Below the pieces are notes generated by a model, which did not search any database, had not been told where the DNA came from, and saw only the letters and a list, made by a program, of their open reading frames with translations. Positions 28,827-37,467 of a DNA stretch of 64,000 bases are shown here, in pieces (positions within the stretch are counted from its first letter, which is position 1; each line of letters begins with the position of its first letter). The position numbers were made by a program, and so were the translations under genes. Where the stretch lies: NCBI GenBank assembly GCA_029261555.1, contig JAJDBB010000096.1, positions 35,623 through 99,622 on the forward strand. The letters run 5' to 3'. This stretch comes from Nitrospinaceae bacterium (GTDB taxonomy: Bacteria > Nitrospinota > Nitrospinia > Nitrospinales > JACRGP01).

Positions 28827-30206
28827 TTAGCAAAAATTTATGCAAGAGAAAGCAATGGGCGGCGGAGGGCCGTTCAGGGCTTTGCGCAAATCCTTTTCCC
28901 GATAGCCCAGACGGGAAAGTTGTTTGCCTCCGGAAAATATCTCGCTTTCGGAAACATAGGCCACAGTGTCCGGGACGCCGTAAGGACTCAGCGATTCTAC
29001 AAGTTTTTTGATTTGCTTTCTCTGTTTCTTGGGCGTTCCGGGAAGCGCGGGGTATTGGAACGGGTTTTTGTACGGGCTTTTGTAAGTTCCGTTCAAGGCC
29101 TGCAGGGTTTGAAGCATGAGCAAATCGACGTCCCAGGGAGCCATTTCGGAAACTTTTGGATGGGCCTGGACCAACTCCAAAACGCTGATCGCCCTTTGTC
29201 CGAGCGACTTTGCGACGTAATCGTGTTGCGGCTGTTTGGCCGTCCCGGAAAAACCGATAGATTTGCCCACACGTTGCAGCAAATCAAAGTTGACCATGAA
29301 CGTGTATTGTCCGCCGTAAAGGTTGAAGTAGGGTCGGCTTGGCGTATTCAATTCTGTCAGGGAAAACATGCCGTAATCGAAACCCGTATAACCTGCTCCG
29401 TCCGGATCCAGCAACGTTAGCGCGCGCTCTAGAGTCTGGTAGGCGCCAAGGTTGACGGGAATGGGAATTCCCTCCGCCGCCTCGGCTATATGGTTTTTTA
29501 TAATTTCTCCAAAAGGCCAGTCGTCCACGTCCACCCGTTGGAAGTCATGTTCCCAAACGACGGCCGCCAGGAAGGGCGGAAGTTTTTTTAACTCTTCGAG
29601 GTTTTCGTCGTTGAATAATTTTATGAATTCGGCAAATTCGATGGGAACCTGCGCCGGATCGAGTTTGGGTTGTAGGTATTCCTCGAAAAGGGAATCTCCC
29701 TGCTTGAGCAGGACCTTGGTGGCCTGGTCGTCCCAGATTTCGTTGGAGACCGCGAGGAACGTCGATTGAGGCCGGAAGCATTCAAGCTTCTCCGCCGGGA
29801 CCAGCACGGTGGAGTAACGGCCCGCGTGGGTTTGAAGTCTGGCGTTGGCGCGGACGCCTTTGAGAATTTCCAGCGAATAATCGCACAGGATGTAGTGCGT
29901 GCGCGGATAAACCCGGCCTTCGGAGTCCAGTTCCTGAAGCCGGGACAAAAAGCATGCGGCCAGGTTGCCGTTGCCCACGCCCCATTCCTGGACGAACAGG
30001 GTTTCTCCGGGGCGCTTACGGGCCTGTTCAAAATAATTTTCCGCGACGGCGTGAGCCAGGCGATGATCCTGGCTGACGTAGGTTTGGAAATGCTTGTGGA
30101 TTTCCGGGCCGAGCATTCCATAAAAAATGGAATTGACCTGGGTGGACCAACGGTCGGAAGGTTGAAAGTCTCCCAAAGGCTGGGGATCGGGCCGCGATAA
30201 GCTCAT
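28827..30206 (-). CDS. Class I SAM-dependent methyltransferase, MidA/DUF185 (NDUFAF7)-like
   Basis: Motif I-like VQEWGVGNGNLAACFLSRL, then ILCDYSLEIL and VSNEIWDDQATKVL...GDSLFEEYL, paralleling the MidA pattern (lvElGaG.GtLa ... aNE..DAlP ... E). Confidence 0.5.
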   Translation of the reverse strand: MSLSRPDPQPLGDFQPSDRWSTQVNSIFYGMLGPEIHKHFQTYVSQDHRLAHAVAENYFEQARKRPGETLFVQEWGVGNGNLAACFLSRLQELDSEGRVYPRTHYILCDYSLEILKGVRANARLQTHAGRYSTVLVPAEKLECFRPQSTFLAVSNEIWDDQATKVLLKQGDSLFEEYLQPKLDPAQVPIEFAEFIKLFNDENLEELKKLPPFLAAVVWEHDFQRVDVDDWPFGEIIKNHIAEAAEGIPIPVNLGAYQTLERALTLLDPDGAGYTGFDYGMFSLTELNTPSRPYFNLYGGQYTFMVNFDLLQRVGKSIGFSGTAKQPQHDYVAKSLGQRAISVLELVQAHPKVSEMAPWDVDLLMLQTLQALNGTYKSPYKNPFQYPALPGTPKKQRKQIKKLVESLSPYGVPDTVAYVSESEIFSGGKQLSRLGYREKDLRKALNGPPPPIAFSCINFC

Positions 30207-30215
30207 GCAGAGCGT

Positions 30216-31286
30216 TTAACCGTTGGGGTCTTGCGCGGCGTCCGCGGTTTCTCCCTCGGCGGACACGCCTCCGGGAATACCCGCAAGGTTAGTTTGGGCG
30301 GCGCTTTCTTTAGCCCGGTGCATGATCTCTTCGTACTTTTTGTAAGCCTCCTGCGCCTCCTCCATTCGTCCAATGCCCTTATAGCAGTTGAACAAATTGA
30401 GAAACGCCAGCGCGTCGGCGCTGTTCAGGCCGCAGGCATGCTTGAATTGTTTTATGGCCTTTTCGACTCGTCCGATGGAGGCGTACAAGCTTCCCAGGTT
30501 GGTGTAGGCCAGGGAAAATTCGGGATCCAACTCGATCGCCTTGTTGAAGGAGTTGATGGCGTCGTCGGTCATGTTTTGCGCCGAAAAACAACTTCCCAGG
30601 TTGCAGTAAGCCTGCGGATCTTTTTCGTCCAGTTCCACTACGCAAAGCGCGGCGCTCAGCGCCTCGTCGTAGCGTTCGTCGTTGAAGTAGGCGGTGCTCA
30701 GGGCGGAGCGCAGTTCCTTGTCCTCGGGATTGAACATCAGGACTTTTTTCAGAACCTGGATTTCTTCGGAATAAAGTTTTTGCATATCATAGGCAGCGGC
30801 GAGGTTGGCGTAACCCACCGTGTCCGAGGGATCGATTTCCGTCGCTCTTCTAAAGCACTGTGCCGCGTTGGTGTACATGTCCTTGAGCATGTAGACTCCG
30901 CCCAGGTTAAAAAACGTTTCGACGTCCTGATCGTCCAGTTCCGCCGCGCGGTTGAGTTCGCGAATCGCTTCATCTTCGTGGTCCCAGAGTCCGTAAGCGG
31001 CCCCCAGAACTTTGTAGGCCGCGGCCATTTGGGGGTTTCGGCTCACCACTTTTTTTAACATGCCGATGGCTTCTTCGTAATTCCCGCCGTCTACAAACAG
31101 AGTTGCCAGTTCGACATTTTTTTCGGGATTGTTTTCGTCGTCCCGCAGTTCCTTTTTGATCTGCCGGGTTTTCTTCATGATCGCCTGCTCGCGCTTCATC
31201 TCGTTGGGATCGCGCACGCCCAGTTCATTAAGAATTTCCGGGTGGATTTTCATTGTGACCCACTGGTCCGCTTTGCCTTCCGCCAT
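30216..31286 (-). CDS. TPR-repeat protein
   Basis: Repeated TPR units (e.g. AIGMLKKVVSRNPQMAAAYKVLGAAYG, AINSFNKAIELDPEFSLAYTNLGSLY). RBS AAAGGAG lies upstream of the ATG. Confidence 0.85.
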   Translation of the reverse strand: MAEGKADQWVTMKIHPEILNELGVRDPNEMKREQAIMKKTRQIKKELRDDENNPEKNVELATLFVDGGNYEEAIGMLKKVVSRNPQMAAAYKVLGAAYGLWDHEDEAIRELNRAAELDDQDVETFFNLGGVYMLKDMYTNAAQCFRRATEIDPSDTVGYANLAAAYDMQKLYSEEIQVLKKVLMFNPEDKELRSALSTAYFNDERYDEALSAALCVVELDEKDPQAYCNLGSCFSAQNMTDDAINSFNKAIELDPEFSLAYTNLGSLYASIGRVEKAIKQFKHACGLNSADALAFLNLFNCYKGIGRMEEAQEAYKKYEEIMHRAKESAAQTNLAGIPGGVSAEGETADAAQDPNG

Positions 31287-31372
31287 AAGATCCCGCTCCT
31301 TTATAGATTGACGACTACGCTCCGCGAACGGTCCGCCGCTCCTGGAGATTAATTTTGGAATTGAATTAAAAG

Positions 31373-31401
31373 ATATTAGGGAAATAAACGCGACGTGTCA
31401 A
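31373..31401 (-). promoter_or_regulatory. Candidate sigma70-type promoter TTGACA-N17-TAATAT upstream of the TPR/methyltransferase genes
   Basis: On the minus strand, TTGACA is the complement of 31396-31401 and TAATAT of 31373-31378, with a 17-nt spacer. It lies about 90 nt upstream of the TPR start. Confidence 0.35.
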
Positions 31402-31464
31402 ACCAAAAGCCGCGCCCGTCTTTGGACTTTACCTCCGCGTGTCCGGGGGTTCCGACTCCCTGGA

Positions 31465-33267
31465 TCAAACCTCCAAAGCGGTTTCGGCGCGGGCCATCTC
31501 CTCGATGGCCTCTTTTCCGTAACGGTCGAGATAGAGCAGAAAATGTTCACGCGACAGGTACTTCCAGATTTTGGCGGAGGGGAAATTGTCGTCGATCACT
31601 TTTTCAAAATTTTCGTAGACTTCGAAAATCTCCTCCGCCGGCATCCCTTTGTTAATTTCGTAATCGAAGACCACGGCCATGTCCCTGTCGGGGCGATGCA
31701 CTATTCGGTCTATATGGAACTTTTTAGGATTGTGGTAGATGGCGGAATCTTTTTCCAAAGCGAAAATTGATTGCCCAACGGATTGGATGATCCGGTTGCG
31801 AACCTCTCCGTTGTCGACGACGAATTGCACCGTGTCTTCCGCCTCGGCGCGTTCCTCGGTGGGAAATCCGAAGAAGAGGTAGAGGTGGTTCCATATCCCC
31901 GCCAGTGAACTGTGTTGCAGAACCAACCGTTCCGTTTCCTGGGTGCAACCCTTGTCGATAATGGACAGCACCCGGTCGTTGGCGCTCTCCAGTCCGAAAA
32001 ACAGCATGATGAATCCGGCCTGTTTCATTTTTTCGAACAAGTCGGGGCTTTCTATATTATCGGTTTCAAATTTGATCATGCCCAGAGCTCGCATTTCGAG
32101 TTTCCTTTTCAGGATGGAGTCGGACATGCGCCGGAAAGCGTTGGGCGAGATTGCCTCGTCGGAAAAGGTGAAATATTTGGTCTTGTATCGCTGCCCCAGC
32201 CATTCCAACTCTTCCGCCACCCGGTCTTCGTTTTCCTTGCGGTAATAGGAATCGTAAATGTGGCTGTGCGTGCAGAAGGTGCATTTGCCCCAGTAGCACC
32301 CGCGACTGGACATGTAAGGAAGGACCGGAAACGGCATTAAATATTTGCTCAGGTCCAGGTCGTCGAACGAGGGACGGACCAATTGGTCGTAGGGCAGAGA
32401 TTCGCTTTTGGCGTTGCGGACCACCGAGCCGTCTTTCAAATGCACCAAGTTGGGGACTTCGTCCAGGGGCTTCCCGTCGCGCACCGCTTTTACCAGGCAT
32501 TCCAGAGGATGTTCTCCCTCGAACAGGACGATGCTGTGGAAAAATTTTTCAAACAGGATTTGCTTGTCGTTCAGAATATCCGCGTGCCGCGTGAACACGC
32601 TCCCGCCAATGGTGATGTGTAGATGGGGATGGCGTTCCTTCAGCAAACGGGCCAGCGTCAGACCGGGGATGACTTGCCCGACGTGGATAATAGAAATACC
32701 GACCAGGCCGTAGTCTCCCCAATTCACTTTTTGGAGGGAGCTCTTTTCAAAAAATTCCAGATAAGGGTTGGCGACGGGGTCCTGGGTGGCAGTTAGAATG
32801 CCCTTGAGGTTTTCCTCCGGAGCGCCGTCCATGAAAAACGACTCCATGTCCAGGCGGCTGGGAAAATGCGCGTAGGAAATCAGCTTCATCGCCACCTTTA
32901 AGGTGGTGAAAGCGCGTTTGTACTCCTGGAACTGAAAGAAAAGCTCTTCGTTTCGCAAGGCGTCCTTGGCCCCGTCCACTTCCGATAAAACGCTCTCCAG
33001 ATAATCAGGGTCCGAAAGGATTTGCCGATAGGTTTCCTTGATTTCCTTTTCTTCGAGCGACCAGGCGGGGCCGTCTAGGCGGAGGCGGATTTTTCCCACG
33101 CATTCCTCCAGGTAATCACGGGAGAGAAAAGCGTCGTAGCTATCCATGTTGAGGTCGAACTGGTCGGCGTGGCAGCCCTTGGATTCCAGATAAGCCTTGA
33201 GCGTCGGCAGAGCCAGGTAAGGTTGGCTGGGAAACCATTGCGGCGGAAAAATTAAAGCTGTTTTCAT
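31465..33267 (-). CDS. B12-binding-domain radical SAM enzyme (class B-like) with CX4CX2C motif
   Basis: ATG 33267 (MKTALIFPPQWFPSQPYLALPTLKAYLESKG) is typical of the B12-binding N-terminus; the ORF-track alternative start is 33369. The cluster loop SSRGCYWGKCTFC was verified from the DNA at 32272-32298. Confidence 0.8.
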   Translation of the reverse strand: MKTALIFPPQWFPSQPYLALPTLKAYLESKGCHADQFDLNMDSYDAFLSRDYLEECVGKIRLRLDGPAWSLEEKEIKETYRQILSDPDYLESVLSEVDGAKDALRNEELFFQFQEYKRAFTTLKVAMKLISYAHFPSRLDMESFFMDGAPEENLKGILTATQDPVANPYLEFFEKSSLQKVNWGDYGLVGISIIHVGQVIPGLTLARLLKERHPHLHITIGGSVFTRHADILNDKQILFEKFFHSIVLFEGEHPLECLVKAVRDGKPLDEVPNLVHLKDGSVVRNAKSESLPYDQLVRPSFDDLDLSKYLMPFPVLPYMSSRGCYWGKCTFCTHSHIYDSYYRKENEDRVAEELEWLGQRYKTKYFTFSDEAISPNAFRRMSDSILKRKLEMRALGMIKFETDNIESPDLFEKMKQAGFIMLFFGLESANDRVLSIIDKGCTQETERLVLQHSSLAGIWNHLYLFFGFPTEERAEAEDTVQFVVDNGEVRNRIIQSVGQSIFALEKDSAIYHNPKKFHIDRIVHRPDRDMAVVFDYEINKGMPAEEIFEVYENFEKVIDDNFPSAKIWKYLSREHFLLYLDRYGKEAIEEMARAETALEV

Positions 33268-33407
33268 TATATGGAGGACGACCCGGTTTGAATGAAACCG
33301 GCGTTTCGGTTCGAAGCGTTTACGAAAATTATTGTCTGGGAATTTTACCACCCTATGCGGGGAAAACAAAGCAAACCCGGCAAGCTCAGGCGTTTTGAAA
33401 GCTTATT

Positions 33408-35123
33408 TTACGGATCCGATTTGCCTTTGTCCTGAAATTCGTAAAGATTGGCTTCGTTCGGGATCAGGTTGAACGCGTTCCCGTAAAAATAAAACATGTA
33501 AGGGGGCTGTCGAAAAACTTTTTTCATCGACGGCGCGACGGCGGATATATCCGCGCGTTTATCCACGAGCAGGTACTTGAAGTTTTTTTCGCGGAACAGG
33601 GCTTCGAACTGGTTGGCGTTCAACTGGTCTACGATGGCTTTATTTTTGGCGACCACGCTGGCGGGCGTCCTCGACAATTTCCCGAAAGCCATGGGTTTTT
33701 GATGGAGGGTCTGGTAATACATTTGCAATACTGCCGGCTTGGTTTCCAGGTCGATCAGCGCGCCGTTTCCCGGCTGGGCCTGAAGGTATCGAACGAACCC
33801 GGGAACGGGGATCTGGATGACGGGAATGGGACTTGGAAGGTATTCTATAAAAAAGATTAGTAATAACAGGGCCATTCCGTTGCGGTCTTTTCCGTTCCGC
33901 CGGTAAAAATGTTTTAGTCCGACCGCGAAGATAACGGCGGCGGCGAGATAAACCATCACCATCATTCGGACCGGCGTGCCTGAAAGTTTTAAGGGAGGGA
34001 ACAGGAATTCAAAAAATAAATAAGGCATAGAAATCCCGGGAACCGTGCGCCCCCAAACATGAAGCGAGGGTCCAAGGGCCAACAGCCAGAATATCAGAGC
34101 CAGAAAAAACCAGACTCCGAGATCGTGGTCCTGGATTCGCCTTCTCTGTTTCCAAACCAATACGAGCATTAACAAAACGGAAAGCCCTAAATAGACGCTG
34201 TGCTCGTGCGGGTTTTCTGGTAATTGCGACCAGTAGGGCCTGGTCAGCGAGGCGAAACGCCAATGGTTTCCCGGAATCGTAGACGCCAGCAAATCCATGG
34301 AAAACCCGTCCGTGGAGTGGCTTCCCGCTAAAGGGTCTTGTAAGCCGGTCTGGATCAGGAGGCCCGCCAAAACCCCGCTGGTGGACAGGGTCGCGGCGAG
34401 GAAAACAAGGGAGTATTTTAAATATCCGCTTTGCAAAAAATAAAACGGCTTTTTTTGCCAAGCGGCGCGCCAGACGTATGTCAGGATTCCCGCCAGGACG
34501 CAAAACGTAAAATAGTAATAATTGCACAGCAGGACGAGAAACAGGGTAAAAGCGGAAGCCAGGGCGCGGAGAATATTTGGGCGGGCGATCAATTGTCGCC
34601 AAAAGAGTATAAAAAGAGGAACCCATTCCATGGAGACGAGTTGCAAATGGCCCTCGGCAAAGGCGAAATGATAATTGCAAAATGTAAATAAATAACCGCC
34701 CGCCAAACTGGGCCAGTAGGCTTTGGTGACGTCGTACGCCAGCCAAAACGCCGTGAGTCCCGACGCCACAAACCCAAAAACGACGATGAAGTTATAGGTC
34801 TGTATGGGAGTCAGGAATTTTAAAAGAAAAATACCTAAAAAGCCGTTGAATGGACTCAGAGCGTGGGCCAGAACCGTGGAGCCATGAGGGAAATGCACCA
34901 TCGCAGTGTGCCAGGGGAGTTGGTGAAGATTCGTCAACGATTTATCGACCCACCAAAGGCTCCAGATTGTTTGCAGATGAGCGACGCCCGCCCCGTAATA
35001 GTGGGACGAGAAATAAGAAAGAAGGGGGAAGGTGAGTAGGAAAAAACAGGAAAAATAAAAGAAACCCGGCGCGGCGCCGAATTTGAGCCAGAGGATTCGA
35101 TTGTTAACAAGAAATTTGATCAT
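33408..35123 (-). CDS. Polytopic integral membrane protein with C-terminal soluble region (possibly GT-C-like)
   Basis: 571 aa with many hydrophobic segments and no soluble-enzyme motifs. It is first in the minus-strand cluster. Function unknown. Confidence 0.6.
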   Translation of the reverse strand: MIKFLVNNRILWLKFGAAPGFFYFSCFFLLTFPLLSYFSSHYYGAGVAHLQTIWSLWWVDKSLTNLHQLPWHTAMVHFPHGSTVLAHALSPFNGFLGIFLLKFLTPIQTYNFIVVFGFVASGLTAFWLAYDVTKAYWPSLAGGYLFTFCNYHFAFAEGHLQLVSMEWVPLFILFWRQLIARPNILRALASAFTLFLVLLCNYYYFTFCVLAGILTYVWRAAWQKKPFYFLQSGYLKYSLVFLAATLSTSGVLAGLLIQTGLQDPLAGSHSTDGFSMDLLASTIPGNHWRFASLTRPYWSQLPENPHEHSVYLGLSVLLMLVLVWKQRRRIQDHDLGVWFFLALIFWLLALGPSLHVWGRTVPGISMPYLFFEFLFPPLKLSGTPVRMMVMVYLAAAVIFAVGLKHFYRRNGKDRNGMALLLLIFFIEYLPSPIPVIQIPVPGFVRYLQAQPGNGALIDLETKPAVLQMYYQTLHQKPMAFGKLSRTPASVVAKNKAIVDQLNANQFEALFREKNFKYLLVDKRADISAVAPSMKKVFRQPPYMFYFYGNAFNLIPNEANLYEFQDKGKSDP

Positions 35124-35130
35124 AGAAGAC

Positions 35131-35380
35131 GCCAGGCAAGCGCCTGGAGGCAGATGTTTGCGATTGGATAATTTACCTTAAACTGACAACCGATCACTAC
35201 CAGCTTTTCTTTTACTGAGACCAGCGTCACGCTGGCCGAGCGTTGCCCGGCCAGGCAAGTGCCTGGAGGCAGATATTTGCAATTGGATAATTTTCCTTAA
35301 ACTGACAACTGTCAACCGATCACTGCCAGCTTTTCTTTTACTGAGGCCAGCGTCACGCTGGCCGGGAGTTGCCCGGCCAG
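35131..35380. repeat. Tandem direct repeat, two full units (119 and 126 nt) plus the first 5 nt of a third
   Basis: Unit 1 is 35131-35249 and unit 2 is 35250-35375. By manual alignment they differ by about 9 substitutions and a 7-nt insertion (TGTCAAC). Each unit carries hairpins CCAGGC-AAGY-GCCTGG and CCAGCG-TCA-CGCTGG. Confidence 0.9.
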
Positions 35381-35388
35381 TAAAACGC

Positions 35389-35418
35389 TTGACACCTTAA
35401 AAAATAAAAGATTATACT
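35389..35418 (+). promoter_or_regulatory. Candidate sigma70-type promoter TTGACA-N18-TATACT
   Basis: TTGACA at 35389-35394 and TATACT at 35413-35418. It lies immediately after the tandem repeat, upstream of the plus-strand block. Confidence 0.4.
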
Positions 35419-35451
35419 TGGCTTGCATATTCCCTCAAAATTAAAAAATCG

Positions 35452-35478
35452 ACCCCGTTTCGGGGTTTTTAATTTTTG
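35452..35478 (+). terminator. Terminator-like hairpin ACCCCG-TTT-CGGGGT followed by TTTTTAATTTTT, within the putative leader
   Basis: Read directly from the sequence. A-tract upstream and T-tract downstream. It sits between the candidate promoter and the RBS/TTG start at 35513. Confidence 0.35.
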
Positions 35479-35512
35479 TCGTTTAATAATTTTTGTTTTA
35501 GGAGAAAAGCCA

Positions 35513-36136
35513 TTGAGCGAAGACAGCGAAGCCAAAAAGGATGAAAATGCCGCGGAAACTTCCGGAGTTGCGGACGACGCGTCGGAGCAAAGAGGCGAGC
35601 AGGATTCCCTTTCCGATTTGAGCGAACTCGAAAAGATTAAAAAGGAGCTTCAAAAGGAAAAGGAAAAAGCCGCCAAGGAACTGGAAGCCGGCGAGGGGGA
35701 AGAGGAGGACGTCCGCGAGGTCGATTATCTTCAAAAGCTGGTCACCCTGACCGTTCAATTCGATCACCATGTCGGCATGTTTTTAATGCCGGGTTATATC
35801 GACTGTGGAATGAAATACGACCATAAACTTGCAGACAGCTATCTGACGCATTTGAATTCCATCCAGGGATTTTTGCGGCTATTGGAGAAAGTGGACGGCG
35901 TCACCCGGGAACTGGTCACCAAGGATTGTATTATCAAGTTGCGCAACGTGGTTCAGCAAATTCACAAAAACCTGATCAAACCGTTATACCGGGAAGTGGA
36001 TTTGATGAAAAAGAAACCCAAAATGGAAAATCTGGACAACTTCAAGGAAAGCTGGAACGAGCGGCTTTTGGACTTTCAGAAAACCTGTGATTTTGAGTAC
36101 CAGAGACTCGACGTTAAAGGGTTTATGGTGAACTGA
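35513..36136 (+). CDS. Hypothetical protein with poly-acidic/coiled-coil N-terminus
   Basis: TTG at 35513 is preceded by AGGAG with an 8-nt spacer; the ORF-track start at 35423 would include the hairpin. The N-terminus reads MSEDSEAKKDENAAE...AGEGEEED. No family was recognised. Confidence 0.5.
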   Translation: MSEDSEAKKDENAAETSGVADDASEQRGEQDSLSDLSELEKIKKELQKEKEKAAKELEAGEGEEEDVREVDYLQKLVTLTVQFDHHVGMFLMPGYIDCGMKYDHKLADSYLTHLNSIQGFLRLLEKVDGVTRELVTKDCIIKLRNVVQQIHKNLIKPLYREVDLMKKKPKMENLDNFKESWNERLLDFQKTCDFEYQRLDVKGFMVN

Positions 36137-36264
36137 CGCCAGCCAATCGCTGCCGGTTAAAAGTTGACGGTTTAAACGCTACTCCCTTGCAGGACGGGCG
36201 GCGCCAAAAGGCCCAACATTCCAGAAAACCAATCATTTAAATTTTTAGCGGAAGAACCACCCCA

Positions 36265-36295
36265 AACCCCTCTTTGTTAAGAGGGGTTTTAAATT
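36265..36295 (+). terminator. Hairpin AACCCCTCTT-TGTT-AAGAGGGGTT followed by TTAAATT
   Basis: 10-bp perfect stem read from the sequence. The T-tract is short, so termination may be partial. Confidence 0.45.
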
Positions 36296-36387
36296 GCCTC
36301 TAGGCGTTTGCCTGGGGCGAAACGCTCCCTTTCTTTAATATTGCGCGGATTCGAGGTTTGTGGCCGTGTCAACGATTTAGGATATAT

Positions 36388-37410
36388 ATGGAAAACAACC
36401 GGGACGACGAGGAGACCCAGGTCGAGGCGGAAGCAGTTGAAGAAACTTCCGGCGGAGCTGTCGAGCTTATTGAGGAGGAAACGCTCCCTGAAAAAGCGGC
36501 ACGGGAGGTGGACCATTCCAAGCTTTACGTTTGGGTGGCCGATACGGGGAACAACCGGATTCAAAAATTCGACGGCAACGGAAACTTTCTTTTTTCTTTC
36601 GGCAAGCCGGCGGGAACTCGCGCCCCTTACAAGGACGGCGAATTTAAAACTCCCATGAGCGTTTCCATCGACAGCGAGGGGAATATCTGGGTGGCGGATA
36701 CCGGGTGCCATCGCATACAGAAATTCGAATCCGACGGCGATTTTACGCTCACTGTGGGAACGGAGGGATGGGGCCAGGAAAAATTTTACTGGCCGGAAGC
36801 TATCGTGGCGGAACCGACGGGAACCGTTTTGGTGGCCGACACTCACAATCATTGCATGAAACGGTACGACGACGAGGGCGAGTTTGTTCTCGGTTTTGGT
36901 TACGCGGGGGATTTCGACGGTTTCATGAAATTCCCCGGCGGCGTTTCTCTCGACAGAGAGGGAAATATATTTGTGGCCGACCGGGACAACCAGCGGATCC
37001 AGATTTTCGACGAAAACGGACGCTATCTTTCCAAGTTTGGAGAATACGGGTCCGAAGACGGCCGCCTCAATTTCCCCAACTCCCTGGTGGTGACGCCGGA
37101 CGACCGGATCATTGTTCTGGAGAAGAGCCAAAACCGAATGCAGGCCTTTGACCGCGAAGGAAACTTTCTGGCGACCTATGGTCAGCAAGGCAAAAGGGAA
37201 GGGCAATTCAATTGTCCCCTGGACTTGGCCCGCGATCCTTACGGCTATACTTTCGTAGCGGATACCTTGAACAACCGGATTCAAAAATTTGATCCCGATA
37301 TGAATTTTGTGGCGCGCTGGGGCACCATGGGCGTGGAGGCTGGGCAAATGCGGGATCCCTCCGGAATCGCTTTGTCCTGGGAGCCTGATTGGGCGCCGGA
37401 GGACGAATAA
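36388..37410 (+). CDS. NHL-repeat beta-propeller protein with acidic N-terminal tail
   Basis: ATG at 36388. Six NHL-like units (WVADTGNNRIQKFDGNGNF, WVADTGCHRIQKFESDGDF, LVADTHNHCMKRYDDEGEF, FVADRDNQRIQIFDENGRY, IVLEKSQNRMQAFDREGNF, FVADTLNNRIQKFDPDMNF). Confidence 0.9.
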   Translation: MENNRDDEETQVEAEAVEETSGGAVELIEEETLPEKAAREVDHSKLYVWVADTGNNRIQKFDGNGNFLFSFGKPAGTRAPYKDGEFKTPMSVSIDSEGNIWVADTGCHRIQKFESDGDFTLTVGTEGWGQEKFYWPEAIVAEPTGTVLVADTHNHCMKRYDDEGEFVLGFGYAGDFDGFMKFPGGVSLDREGNIFVADRDNQRIQIFDENGRYLSKFGEYGSEDGRLNFPNSLVVTPDDRIIVLEKSQNRMQAFDREGNFLATYGQQGKREGQFNCPLDLARDPYGYTFVADTLNNRIQKFDPDMNFVARWGTMGVEAGQMRDPSGIALSWEPDWAPEDE

Positions 37411-37467
37411 AAAACCTCCCCCCGTTGACTCTCCCGTTTGGTAGATAAAAAAAAGGAAAAGAATCGC

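Noticed and set aside
35131-35380. Considered whether the tandem repeat is a CRISPR array or a tRNA/sRNA gene pair
   Set aside because: It has only two and a bit contiguous units with no spacers between them, the units are far longer than CRISPR repeats, and no cas genes are present. No tRNA cloverleaf can be drawn. It is kept as an unclassified repeat.
35423-35512. ORF-track TTG start at 35423 for the first gene of the plus-strand block
   Set aside because: This start would begin inside or just after the -10 element and translate through the hairpin/T-tract into a hydrophobic, low-quality N-terminus. TTG 35513 has an AGGAG at proper spacing. This remains uncertain.
36289-37347. 352-aa minus-strand ORF
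   Set aside because: It is antisense to the NHL-repeat gene, whose six repeats are unambiguous. It has no family resemblance and is a repeat-induced open frame.
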